DNA of 64,000 nucleotides, from the NCBI GenBank assembly GCA_030390025.1, contig CM059432.1:129334001-129398000 (forward strand), given 5' to 3'. Every line of letters starts with the position of its first letter. Position 1 is the first letter of the stretch. A program made the translations under genes and the position numbers. This stretch comes from Squalus acanthias. Its lineage: Eukaryota. Below the pieces are notes generated by a model. That model made no database searches, was not told the DNA's origin, and worked only from the letters and a program-made list of their open reading frames with translations. Positions 47,724-60,067 of the stretch are shown here, piece by piece.

Positions 47724-50192
47724 ATGACGGTGGCAGGGACAGCAGTGGAGAGTCTGCGTCGGAGGGCACAGGCCTCTCCAAGTTCTGCTCAGCTGGACAC
47801 AGATGGACCCGGGGGCTATCAATGAAGAGGATAATCATTGAACAGCAGCAGCAGAGATTGTATGAAATACTGACAGGCGTTCCAAGCACACTGTCCACGA
47901 TTGCAGAGAGATTGGAGAAGTCCACCTCAAGCATGTGTGGGATGCTGTCACAGGCCATTGCAATGATGTTTTCTTCCATGGATAGAGTGGCCAACTGCAT
48001 GGAGCATCAAACACAGCAATCAAACGAGTGCATGCAGGCCTTGAACAAGGGCTTGCAGACTCTGGATGCCACCTTAAATAGGATGAATGATACCCTAGCC
48101 TTGGCCTTTCAGCACCCCACTGATCTGTTCTTCAGCACAGTGCTAGCAGGGAAGAGCGGCTGGGCCATGAGAGGGATGATGGCAAAAGGCGACATGGAAG
48201 TGGGGACTCCGCTCAAAACGCTTCTACTTCTCACCCATTGTGCCCTGCCCCCAGTCAATACCCAACATGCTGCCTCGTATCCCAATGGCCGAGTCTGTCC
48301 CTGCACGGGTGCTGTCTTTGGTGGGGCCCTCACAGGTTCCAAATCCCAGAGGACGTCGGCCAAGAGCATCTCAACAGTCAGAGCAGGGATCTGAGCAGCC
48401 TGCCTAAACCTCTGCTCAAGCCACAGGGGTTGCACCACGTAAAAACTAGGAAAAGGAAGAGTAAAGATTTGTTGTTGCACAAGGGTATTCACATGGGTGT
48501 CTTACACATTGTTGTATTGTTAAATGTTTTTTCTTCATTTGAAGCACATAAATATTATTGTTTTGCACCACTTTCCTGTGTTGCCCATTCTTGGTTGCTG
48601 GTTGGCAAGTGCCTTTTAAGTTATTTGATGGTGAATGGGAAGACATGAATTGACACCGAGCAATGGGGGTCTGTGAAAGGGAGGCTTGGTTGTCTGCAGG
48701 ACTGCTTTGTGTTAGTGGCGGAGGGGAGGAGGGCAAATGTGGCTTTTGCATGTGGTTGTGAGATGGGTGCGCGGGTGGAACCTAAGTGAATCTCGCAATA
48801 ATCAGGGCATCCCAGGCATCCTGTGCACCAATGTGCGCCGCTGGTGGTGCATTGCCCTCATCATCTTCCGCCTCCTCGTCTTCCTTCTCCTCCTTGTCTT
48901 CCTGCCCCTCCTCCTCCTCGGAATCCTCCAAAGAGGCTCAGTGATCTGTGCCTTGGTCCTTGCAACCATCTTCAGCCAGAAGTGCCGAGTGGATGAGCCA
49001 TATCGGCCTACTCCTGAGGTCCCCACCATCACAGAAGCCAGTCTTCAGCCAACTCGATTCACTCCACATGATATCAAGAAACGGCTGAGCGCACTGGATA
49101 CAGTAAAGGCTGTGGGCCCCAACAACATCCCGGCTATCGTGCTGAAGACTTATGCTCCAGAACTAGCCGCGCCTCTAGCCAAGCTGTTCCAGTACAGCTG
49201 CAACACTGGCATCTATCCGACAATGTGGAAAACTGCCCAGGTATGTCCTGTCCACAAAAAGCAGGACAAATCCAACCCGGCCAATTACCGCCCCATCAGT
49301 CTACTCTCAATCATCAGCAAAGTGATGGAAGGTGTCGTCGACAGTGCTATCAAGAGGCACTTACTCACCAATAACCTGCTCACTGATGCCCAGTTTGGGT
49401 TCCGCCAAGATCACTCGGCTCCCGACCTCATTACAGCCTTGGTCCAAACATGGACAAAGGAGCTGAATTCCAGAGGTGAGGTGAGAGTGACTGCTCTTGA
49501 CATCAAGGCAGCATTTAACCGAGCGTGGCATCAAGGAGCCCAAGTAAAACTGAAGTCAATGGGAATCGGGGGAAAAAGGCTCCATTGGCTGGAGTCGTAC
49601 CTAGCACAAAGGAAGATGGTTGTGGTGGTTGAAGGTCAATCATCACAGCCCCAGGACATCACTGCAGGAGTTCCTCAGGGCAGTGTCCTAGGCCCAACCA
49701 TCTTTAGCTGCTTCTTCAATGATCTTCCCTCCAACATAAGGTCAGAAATGGGGTTGTTCGCTGATGACTGCACAGTGTTCAGCGCCATTCACTACTCCTC
49801 AGATAATGAAGCTGTCCATGCCCGCATGCAACAAGACCTGCACAATTTGTGGGGCACTGGCACCAGTACTGGGATAAGAAGGAGCTGTTCCGTTTGGATG
49901 GGCTTCACTTGTACCATGCTGGGGCTAGAGTCCTGGCGAATCGAATAACTAGGGCTGTAGAGAGGGCTTTAAACTAAATAGTGGGGGGGGAGGATCCAGG
50001 TGAGCGGGAATTTAAAAAGTCAATGAGAAATGAGAAAACAATAGAGCAGGATAGAGATGGGGGAAATAATAACCAGAGTTTAAAAATAAGAGTGCAACAG
50101 AAAATGGGGCCAAAACAAGGAGAAATGTTAAAAAGACAAAGTTAAAAGTTCTATATCTGAATGCACGCAGCATTCGTAACAAGATAGATGAG

Positions 50193-53100
50193 TTGACAGC
50201 ACAAATAGATACAAATGGGTATGATCTGATTGCCATTACAGAGACGTGGTTGCAAGGTGATCAGGGCTGGGAACTGAATATTCCAGGGTATTTGACAATT
50301 CGGAAGGATAGACAGAAAGGAAAGGGAGGTGGGGTGGCTTTGTTGGTAAAGAATGGGATCAGTGCAGTGGGGAGAAGTGATATTGGCTCAGAAGATCAAG
50401 ATGTAGAATCAGTTTGGGTGGAGATAAAAAGTAATAAAGGGAAAAAGTCTCTGGTGGGCGTAGTCTACAGGCCCCCGAACAGTAGAAATACTGTTGGACA
50501 GAGTATAAATCAACAAATAATGGAGCCCTGTAAAAAAGATATGGTAATAATCATGGGTGATTTTAATCTCTATATTGATTGGACAAATCAAATTGGCCAT
50601 GGTAGCCTGGAGGAGGAATTCATAGAGTGCATCCGGGATGGTTTCCTGGAACAGTATGTAATGGAACCAACCAGGGAGCAGGCTACCTTGGATCTGGTAC
50701 TATGTAATGAGACAGAATTAATAAATGATCTCATAGTAAAGGATCCTCTAGGAAAGAGTGATCATAGCATGGTTAAATTTCAAATTCAGTTGGAGGGTGA
50801 GAAAGTTGTATCTCAAACCAGTGTCCTGATCTTAAACAAAGGCAATTACAGTGGCATGAGGGCAGAACTGGCTAAAGTGGACTGGAAAAATAAATTAAAG
50901 GGTAAGAAAGTTGAAATGCAGTGGCGGACATTTAAGAAGATATTTCATAACTCTCAACAAAAATATATTCCAGTGAGAAAGAAAGATTTTAAGAGAAGGG
51001 AGCACCATTCGTGGCTAACTAAGGAAGTAAAGGATGGTATCAAATTGAAAACGAAGGCATACAATGTTGCCAAGATTGGTGGGAGACCAGAGGATTGGGA
51101 AATTTTTAAAAACCATCAAAGGATGACTAAAAAAATAATAAAGAGAGAGAAGATGAATTATGAGAGTAAACTGGCAAGAAACATTAAAACAGAAAGTAAG
51201 AGCTTCTACAGGTATATACAAAGGAAGAGGATAGCTAAAGTAAACGTTGGTCCATTAGAGGATGAGACTGGGGAATTAATAATGGGGAACGGGGAAATGG
51301 CAGAGACTCTGAACAAATATTTTGTATCTGTCTTCACGGTAGAAGACACTAACAACATTCCAATAATGGATAATCAAGGGGCCACAGGGAGGGGGGAACT
51401 AAAGACAATCACTATCACTAAGGAAATAGTACTTGGTAAAATAATGGGACTAAAAGATGACAAGTCCCCTGGACCAGATGGCCTGCATCCCAGGGTCTTA
51501 AAAGATGTGGCTGCAGAGATAGTGGATGCATTGGTTGCAATATACCAAAATTCCCTGGACTCTGGAGAGGTCCCAGCGGATTGGAAAACCGCAAATGTAA
51601 CACCCCTATTTAAGAAAGGAGGGGGACAGAAAGCAGGAAACTATAGACCAGTTAGCCTAACATCTGTCGTTGGGAAAATGCTGGAGTCCTTCATTAAGGA
51701 AGCAGTAGCAGGGCATTTGGAAAATCATAATGCAGTCAAGCAGAGTCAGCATGGTTTTATGAAAGGGAAATCATGTTTAACAAACTTGCTGGAGTTCTTT
51801 GAGGAGGTAACGAGCAGGGTGGACAAAGGTGAACCAGTGGATGTGGTGTATTTGGATTTCAAGAAGGCATTCGATAAGGTGCCACATAAAAGGTTACTGC
51901 ATAAGATAAGAGCTCACGGAATTGGGGGTAGTATATCAGAATGGATAGAGAATTGGCTAACTAACAGAAAGCAGAGAGTCGGGATAAATGGGTCATTTTC
52001 CGGTTGGCAAACAGTAACTAGTGGGGTGCCACAGGGATCAGTGCTGGGGCCTCAACTATTTACAATCTACATTAATGACTTGGATGAAGGGATCGAGTGT
52101 AATGTAGCCAAGTTTGCGGATGATACAAAGATGGGTGGGAAAGCAAGTTTTGCAGAGGACTCAAAGAACCTGCAAAGAGATATAGACAGGCTAAGTGAGT
52201 GGGCAAACATTTGGCAGATGGAGTATAATGTGGGAAAGTGCGAGGTTATACACATTGGCAGGAAAAATAAAAAAGCAAATTATTATTTAAATGGAGAGAG
52301 ATTACAAAATGCTACAGTTCAGAGGGACCTGGGGGTCCTTGTGCATGAAACACAAAAAGTTAGCATGTAGGTACAGCAAGTAATCAAAAAGTCAAATGGA
52401 ATGTTGGCCTTTATTTCAAAAGGGTTGGAGTATAAAAGCAGGGAAGTCCTGCTACAACTGTACAGGGTATTGGTGAGACCACACCTGGAGTACTGCGTAC
52501 AGTTTTGGTCTCCTTATTTAAGGAAGGATATACAGGAAACTCTTTATTAACCGGCACCGACGGGACCGGCGTGGTGCCGGTTGATCAAAAAGTCCGGATA
52601 ACGGAGAGGTATACTTACCAAGGTACGAGAGCCCCGTACACAGCCACAGGTGCAGGAGCCCCGGTTACATGGCCACAGATCCAGGAGTCCCTGGTGCACG
52701 GCCACAGGTGCAGGAACCCCGGTTACATGGCCACAGATCCAGGAGTCCCTGGTGCACGGCCACAGGTGCAGGAACCCCGGTTACACGGCCACTAATATAT
52801 AGTAAAACTTACCTGAACCTACTCCTGAATTTTGACGGTTAAGAGAGATTTCCGGATATTTAGGTGTCGGTTAAAAGAGAGTTTCCTGTACTTGCATTGG
52901 AGGCAGTTCAGAGACGATTCACTAGGTTAATTCCAGAGATGAGGGGGTTGACTTATGAGGAAAGGTTGAGCAGGCTGGGCCTTTACTCATTGGAATTTGG
53001 AAGAATGAGAGGTGATCTTATCGAAACATATAAGATACTGAGGGGGCACGACAAGGTAGATGCAGAGAGGATGTTTCCCCTCGTGGGGAAATCTAGAACG

Positions 53101-53310
53101 TGGGGACACAGTTTTAGAATAAAGGGTCGCCCTTTTAGAACTGAGATGAGGAGGAATTTCTTCTCTCAGAGGGTTGTAAATCTGTGGAATTCTCTGCCCC
53201 AGAGAGCTGTGGAGGCTGGGTCATTAAATACATTTAAGGTGGAGATAGACAAATTTTTGCAAGATAAGAGAGTGAAGGGTTATGGGGAGCGGGCGGGGAA
53301 GTGGCTTTGA
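50193..53310 (+). pseudogene. CR1 ORF2 (APE + RT), 725 open codons then a stop at 52368 and a MITE insertion
   Basis: ITETWL, YRPP, GDFN, SDH, QHGF, FADD motifs. Confidence 0.93.
52533..52888. mobile_element. Tc1/mariner-pogo (Tigger-like) MITE with internal minisatellite
   Basis: 26-bp TIRs CAGGAAACTCT...AACCG(G/A)CACC and TA TSD. Removing it restores CR1 AAGGATATACTTGC. Confidence 0.88.
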
Positions 53311-55490
53311 GCCCAAGATCAGCCATGATCTTATTGAATGGCGGAGCAGGCTCGAGGGGCCAAGTGGCCTATTCCTGCTCCTATTTCTTATGTTTCTTAT
53401 GTCTTATGTTTCTTAATACGACGTTCAGGCTTGGGCTGATAAGTGGCAGGTAACATTTGTGCCACAGAAGTGCCAGGCAATGACTATCTCCAACAAGCGA
53501 GCGTCTAACCACCTCCCCTTGACTTTCAACGACATTACCATCGCCGAATCCACCATCAACATCCTGGGGGTCACCATTGACCAGAAACTTAACTGGACCA
53601 GCCACATAAATACTGTGGCAACAAGAGCAGGTCAGAGGCTAGGTATTCTTTGGCGAGTGTCTCACCTCCTGACTCCCCAAAGCCTTTCCATCATCTACAA
53701 GGCACAAGTAAGGAGTGTGATGGAATACTCTCCACTTTCCTGGATGACTGCAGCTCCAACAACACTCAAGAATCTCTACACCATCCAGAACAAAGCAGCC
53801 CGCTTGATTGGCACCCCATCCACCACCTTAAACATTCACTCCCTCCACCACTGGCGTACCGTGGCTGCAGTGTGTACCATCTACAAGATGCACTGCAGCA
53901 ACTCGCCAAGGCTTCTTTGGCAGCACTTCACAAACCCGCGACCTCTTCCGCCTAGAAGGACAAGGGCAGCAGGCGCATGGGAACACCACCACCTCCAAGT
54001 TCCCCTCCAAGTCACACACCATCCTGACTTAGAAGTATATCACCGACCCTTCATCGTCGCTGGGTCAAAATCCTGGAACTCCCTCCCTAACAGCACTGTG
54101 GGAGTACCTTCACCACACGGACTGCAGCGGTTCAAGAAGGCGGCTCACCACCACCTTCTCAAGGGCAATTAGGGAAGGGGAATAAATGCTGGCTTTGCCA
54201 GTGACGCCCACATCCCATAAACGAACTCAAAAAAAGTCACCTGTCCTATGTATTTATGGGCCACTGACTGCGAGATCCTGCAAATGTCTCCGGCAGAGCC
54301 CTGGAATGGTCCGGAGGTAAAGAAGTTGAGGGCGGCAGTGACTTTGACAGCCACTGACAAAGTATGGCCGCCAGGTCCAGCTGGTAGCAGGTCTTGTTCC
54401 AGCAGACTACAAATGTCTGCAACCACCTGACGTGACACGCTGAGCTTCCCGAGACACTGGTGTTCAGACATGTCGAGAAAGCTGATCCTCTGCCTGTAGA
54501 CGATGTGTACCGGGTACGGCCTCCTGCGAGCTGCTCCCCTCTCTCCTGTTGCTGCTGCTGTTGCTGGTCAACTTGATCCTCATCTGAGGTCCAATCTAAG
54601 AGCTCCAAAGTGCAGATCAGACCTCCAAACCTCCAAATTGTAGATGACACCTCCAAAGTGTTGAACAAACCTCCAAATTGTGTAAAGTAACCTCTCAGCA
54701 TGAGTATTGTGAGCAAACCCTTTCCCACAGGCAGGTAAGTAATCAGCTGTGAGTACTGAGTATTTATTGCCGTATTTCCCTGACATGGCTTCAGCCCTCT
54801 CAATTACCGCTGTGTTCTCACCTTGCTTTCACTGGCGAGTTCCAGGAAGCCCAGGAAACCCGTGCACCTAAAGTTAAACTGAAAAATCAATGTCAATATT
54901 GCTCCAATTGAGCGATTAACATATGTTAAGTTGCAACCCGCCTCTCACAAAGGGGTTGCTTGCACACAGCCTAACGTGTTGCATTGAAACACGGAAGTCG
55001 GCAGGTTAGAGCCGGCTTCCCAACGCATTGTTAATTTAGTCGGTTTTAACCCCCCACCCACTCCCAAACCCACGTGATCCTGCACATTAAAATCCAGCCC
55101 TATAATTCTCCCCCCACCCCACCCCCTTCGTTTGATAAGGTGCCACAGAAGAGACTTATGGTAAAGATATTAGCACATGGAATTAAGGGGAATGTGGCTA
55201 TATGGACATAGAGATGATTAGAATGAAGGAAATGAAGGGTAGGGATAAGATGAAGTTTCTCAGACTGGAAAGATATGGTGAGTGGTGATCCATAAGGATC
55301 TGTGTTGGCGCCACTCTTAGTTACCATGCACATAAATGATCGGGACTGAAGAAATTTGCTGATGTCATAAAACTGGGGGATAGGGCAAATTGTGAAGAAT
55401 GACTGCAGGAGGGCATAGTTTGCAGTTTTCAGTTCAATGTAGAAAACTAGGAATAAATACATTTTGGAAGGAAGCATAGGGAAAGGAAAT

Positions 55491-56513
55491 GGTGGTCATT
55501 TTGGTAAAAGGGTGAAAACAGGCGCTGAATGGGTGCAGTGCTAATAAGACACGCCTGTTTGAAAGTCTGGTTTTAGCACACAATTTTGGTCTTAATTGCT
55601 GATTACCATAATTTGAACTTGCCTGGAGGTGCTAGAACAGACACCTGCAGGTTTAGCACTTAAGCACTCATTAGAAGCCATTTTCGTGGAGCAGTATATG
55701 TGGACTCCACGCACTCACTTCCACTGAAGGTGTGGAACACACTGGCTGACGCACAGCGGCAGGTTTCAGAATGGGCCAGGCACCGAGGGAGAGGGTGTAC
55801 ATGTTCTCGGCGCGGCACTGGAGGACCTGGTGGAGGAGGCCCAGAGGAGGAGGGATGTCCTGTGCCCACAGGGGGGAAGGTGATCACCTTGCCCTCCTGT
55901 CCCTCTCTCCTGCAGCAATTGGTGCTACTCTGCCTGGCCTCATCTCCTTCTCTCATCCCTCCTTCAGACCAATGGGGGACCCCTAGCATGATGCCCATGG
56001 CCAAGCACTCCCTTTCTCCTGGTGACTCCTATAAGGTGTCCAATAAGGGAGAGTAGCACAGTACTCTCTCTATTTAGGTGAAGTCCTCAGAGAATTTCCA
56101 GAATAAATGTTGATAAGAGTGTCCCAGAAAGTCTCCCAATGTGTTTCAAAAGTCCTCTTCAAACCTCCAGCAGCAAGGTGTTCCTTTAAGGCTACCTTTA
56201 AGTAGCGCTCGAAATCCTCAGCAACGACTGGTTTACTCCCAATCAGGTGGTCGCTGTTAGGAGAGGGCGTTAGGTCAAGCGCTGTCCACCTAAATGCCGC
56301 GCAGCCTCACTAATGAGTGTTAGCAACCAATTTAAGTGGCAATCAGCCCCGTAACGATCCTCCGAGTGGCCATTCCTCGCGCAAGCTTCAATTCCTTTAA
56401 CAAGGTGGCTTCTTGCGCTAAACGCGGACTAAACCGGAGTTTCAGCTCAAGACCCCATCTTGGCCACCTCGGAGGCTCTTTAGCGCCTGAAGGAGCCATC
56501 TAAAATTGCCCCC
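55491..56513. mobile_element. Harbinger-derived non-autonomous element inside an old CR1 fragment (55130-56550)
   Basis: Ends GGTGGTCATTTTGG / CTAAAATTGCCCCC. CR1 sequence resumes TATATCTTAAATGG. Confidence 0.5.
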
Positions 56514-57012
56514 TATATATCTTAAATGGTACGATTTTAGAAGGAGTAAAGGAACAGAAAGATCGGCTTGCATTTATATAGCACCTTTCACGACCACCGT
56601 TCGTCCCAAAGCACTTTACAGCCAATTAAGTACTTTTATTTTTAAAGTAGTAGTAGGAAACGAGGCAGCCAATTTGTGCACAGCATGCTCCCACAAACAA
56701 TAATGTGATAATGAGCAGATAATCTGTTTTAGTCATGTTGATTGACAGATAAATATTGGCCAAGACACCAGGGATAACTCTGCAAGTTCAAGATAACCTG
56801 CTCTTCTTCGAAATAGTGCCTGGGGCTCTTTTACGTCTACCTGAGAAAGCAGATGGGCCTCGGTTTAACGTCTCATCTGAAAGACGGCACCTCCAACAGT
56901 GCAGCACTCCCTCAGTTCTGCACTGGAGTGTCAGCCGAGACTTTTGTGCTCAAGTCTCTGGAGTGGAACTTGAACCCACGACCTTCTGACTCAGAGGTGA
57001 TGTGCGACCCAC

Positions 57013-59037
57013 TTTTTTAATATATTATTTATTAAACATTAAAAACATTTACAACATTGTGATCATTCCATTGTATCATATAAATCCATTCTACCACTCT
57101 GCACAGCCATTCCTCCACCACATATTAACATCAAAACCTGAAGTTTAATTTGTCTCCCATAACATATACTAATCTATTGTACTTTAAAAATTGATCAGTA
57201 ATCATGGCTCCGAATAAGGGAAGTGTGCTTGATAATCCCCCCATCATTTAATCTCCGGCCCTTCCCTCCTGTCATGCTCCTTCCCAACTTTTCAGGCAAC
57301 TGTTGCTTTCTCCTGCAGCCTCCGGCTCTTTTTCACCTCCTGTTTGAATCTTCCCTACAGTTTCAGCCTCTTCCTTACATTAGGTTTGGGCCGAGGAGCA
57401 GCCCCTTCTCCCTCCTTCTGCCCCTCACTAACCTTTCCCTTTCCACATGATGCCACCCCATCCCCCACTTCCATGTCTCTGTCCCTCCCGACTCCTCAAT
57501 CTCGAGCTCTTCTGTAACCTCCAGTCCCTGCTCCCCGTCAGATACATAATCTCCCTTAAAGAGTCTTCCTGCTATCACGGTTTCTCCAACAGTGCCACTC
57601 CCTTCGGCCTCATCTCCACCGTTGACCCTTACTCCCGTTTCTTCTCTCTCCGGGACAATGGCGCATCTGCACCTATCTTGCTCCCTTCTGGCGTCTTTGT
57701 CTCCCCGCTCCCATCCTGCTGCCCCTTTAAGGCTCCTGCCTCTTGCACCCTCTCCTTGTCTTGCCCCCTCCTGCTCCCCAAGATGTCTGACTCCCCATCT
57801 TTCTTTGGAGTACTTACACTTACCCCGCACCCCACGCCCGCCTCCTCTCCCCCGCGGACACCAGATTCTTTAGGGAGAGCCGAGCCATATTATGGCTCGA
57901 CTCTGCCCTCGACCCGTGCTGCCCGCTGCTGCCTTTGTTCTTTTCCATCATACTTGGTGTGTTTTCCACCATCTCCATCCTGTTCTCTACTCCGCAATTT
58001 TCTGCCTCTTCCTGCGCTTTTTTCTCCTTCCATTCACCAGCTGTGTCCTCCGCCTGCTCCGCTCCTCCAGCCGTTCCACTCACACCTCCTGCTCCTTCTC
58101 CCATCTCCTCGTCACTCATAGAGCTTCCTTCTGCCTCACACTCACAGTGGGTGGGGCCTTTGTGACACACCCCACAGCTCTCCGCCCTGCAGCTCCGAGC
58201 GATGTGTCCAGACTCACCGCATTTATAACAGTAAAAGTCTGGACAGCTTCTTACAAGATGGTCGTGTCCAAGACAATAATAATAAACCTTCACCTGGCTA
58301 TCATGCAGTACCCAGAAGTACTGCACTCCTTCCATTGTCTCGAATTTCATACTATACGGCAATGACTTCACCACCTCTGGGAACTGCACCTTTACATAAC
58401 GGGTTCCATCTGCTACCCGCAATCCTGGATAGTACCTCCTCTTTATTGCCGAGCAAATTTTAATGTCCCACGACTCCAACTTTTTTATTAGCACATCGTC
58501 CTCAATATAAACCGGCAGGTTTAAGAATGAGATCACCACCTCTTCAGAATATAGCAGAGATACCTCCAAGAACTTATCTCCAACCTTCAAACTGAGTAAA
58601 AGTTTTTCCAATTCATCTCAGCCACTGACCGTCACCTCAAGCCCAACATTCGGCTTTGGTTGGCAAGCAAAGCAGCTTCCCTCGCCGCAGTCCTCATGTA
58701 CCGCCTGGATAATATCCCAAGCTCGTATCACCTTATCCTCGCACTGAACCACCACCGTGTTTTCTTTTCCTGGGGTCCCGGCCCAAATCTTTGGACCTTT
58801 TTAACTCCCTTCCCCCAACATTTTCTCCCCTGATTAAATTCATCCTGGGGAACATTGTCATCTGAGGGGCCCAGCACTCCGGGCCCCTCAGCAGCCATCT
58901 GGCTGCTGTTTAAGGATCAAAAAGACCCTAAAACCTGAAAAGAAAACACCACCACCAACTTTTTACAAACTCACTCCAACTTCCTGCAGCAATCAAGCAC
59001 CCAGCAGCACCTGCTCACTCCTAGCCCCTCCCACCTA
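57013..59037 (-). mobile_element. ORF1-only L1/Tx1-type non-LTR retroelement (HAL1-like architecture)
   Basis: Short 5' UTR, gag-like ORF, AT-rich 3' UTR with AATAAA and A-tail, and degenerate ~15-bp TSD GA(T/GA)GTGC(G/T)ACCCAC. Confidence 0.75.
57355..58898 (-). pseudogene. Tx1/L1-type ORF1 (RRM-like region plus CCHC zinc knuckles, ZCCHC3-like), disrupted
   Basis: VVISFLNLPVYIEDDVLIKKLESW, VADGTRYVKV, LPYSMKF, YYYCLGHDHLVRSC, CYKCGESGHIARSC, then a Glu/Gly-rich tail. Frameshifts near both ends. Confidence 0.85.
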
Positions 59038-59373
59038 GAGAGTGCTACCCACTGAGCCATGACTGACACACAGAGGGACTTGGTGTGCAGATAAACAGAT
59101 CATTAAATGTAGTTATAGCCATAAAAAAGCAAATTGCATTCTTGGTTTTATACAAAAGCAAGGAGGTGATGTTGAACTTGTGCAAGACTTTAGTTCAGGC
59201 CAAAGTTGGAGTATTGTGTACAATTTTGGAACCGCCATTATGAGAAGGATATAAAAGCAATAAAGATGGTGAAGCATAGATCCACTAGGATGCTACTAAA
59301 GATAAGGGGTTACAATTATGAAGAGAGACTTGAGAAGTTAGAGCTGTTTGCATGAGCTGAGATAGTGTAACAC

Positions 59374-60067
59374 TGTCATGGTAAACTTGACTGAATCTCC
59401 ATTTGACTGAATCTAAAATTGACCAAATGTACCGACAAGCTTTGAGGGCAAGAGACTGCTTGGCTAAAAACATTTGTAAAATAAGTGATGTGCTGGTACT
59501 TTGCCTTCAAAAGATAAGATCTTGAAAATTCTATGAGAACCTCAACAACCCTGCAGATGTGGAAAACAATGACTCTCTCCAGCCCTTGGATGTCTGGCCT
59601 TGGTGAACTAAGTGTCAAAACAGATAGTAAGAGAGAGGGAGAGAGGAAAACAACAATACCCACAGTGTGAGACATGAATGCTGTGGGCCAGTTGCCAAGC
59701 TTTGGGTTATAAGTGTTATTGGACACTGAGATTCGGGGCTATAGTCGATGGTGACCTGGTCAGTTGCCAGTTACAGTTAGTCATATGTCTAGTCATCGTT
59801 GAATTGACCTCTCATCTGGTGAATGGTACATATGTGGTTTTGCTTATAATCAACCTGAGCTTAAAGTCAATGATTTTCGACGCTTGCTTGTAATAAGTAC
59901 ATGAATTGAGTACAGTTTGTATTCTGGTAATTACTTGTAGTCTCTTGTTGATTTTTAAGTAAAAGAAGTTTCACAGATTCATTGGGTTTTGTGTTGTCTA
60001 TTCCACGGGTCTGAACTCTAGAAACTGTCAGACAATCAGAGCGTCAAACAATAGCTAAGTGGTGACG
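59374..60067 (+). mobile_element. Possible degenerate solo LTR inside a CR1 remnant (59075-60440)
   Basis: Interrupts CR1 sequence, with TGTCA...TGACG termini. No clear TSD. Confidence 0.35.

Larger units (their letters stand above)
49844..53413 (+). mobile_element. CR1 LINE (end of esterase ORF1 plus full-length ORF2)
   Basis: ORF1 tail DGLHL...ALN*, ORF2, and (TTTCTTATG)n tail. Confidence 0.95.
48950..54235 (+). mobile_element. Family B LINE (RT to 3' end), split by a CR1
   Basis: NYRPISLLS, QFGFR, ALDIKAAF, GVPQGSVLGP, FADD to ~49843, resuming ~53417 to the polyA. Degenerate TSD GTGATCTGT / GTCACCTGT. Confidence 0.9.
46162..55100. mobile_element. Non-autonomous Harbinger hosting nested LINEs (alternative left end at 44966)
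   Basis: TIRs GGGCTGGATTTTAATG / CATTAAAATCCAGCCC with TAT TSD. Myb gene on +; transposase N-terminus (54236-~54600) and acidic C-terminus (~48780-48940) on -. Confidence 0.88.
56565..59070 (-). mobile_element. Deu SINE split by the ORF1-only element
   Basis: SINE body 56565-57012; head resumes GAGAGTGCTACCCACTGAGCCATGACTGACAC at 59038. Confidence 0.8.

Noticed and set aside
48737..49948. 403-aa ORF as a novel membrane-anchored RT
   Set aside because: It is a chance read-through. The hydrophobic N-terminus is the antisense of the Harbinger acidic tail, the middle is family B RT, and the end is out-of-frame CR1 ORF1.
57820..58611. Host ZCCHC3 or CNBP-like gene or retrocopy
   Set aside because: The first knuckle is degenerate, the frame is disrupted upstream, the motifs are those of Tx1/L1 ORF1, and it is inserted in a SINE with a TSD. 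A retrocopy of a domesticated gene is not fully excluded.
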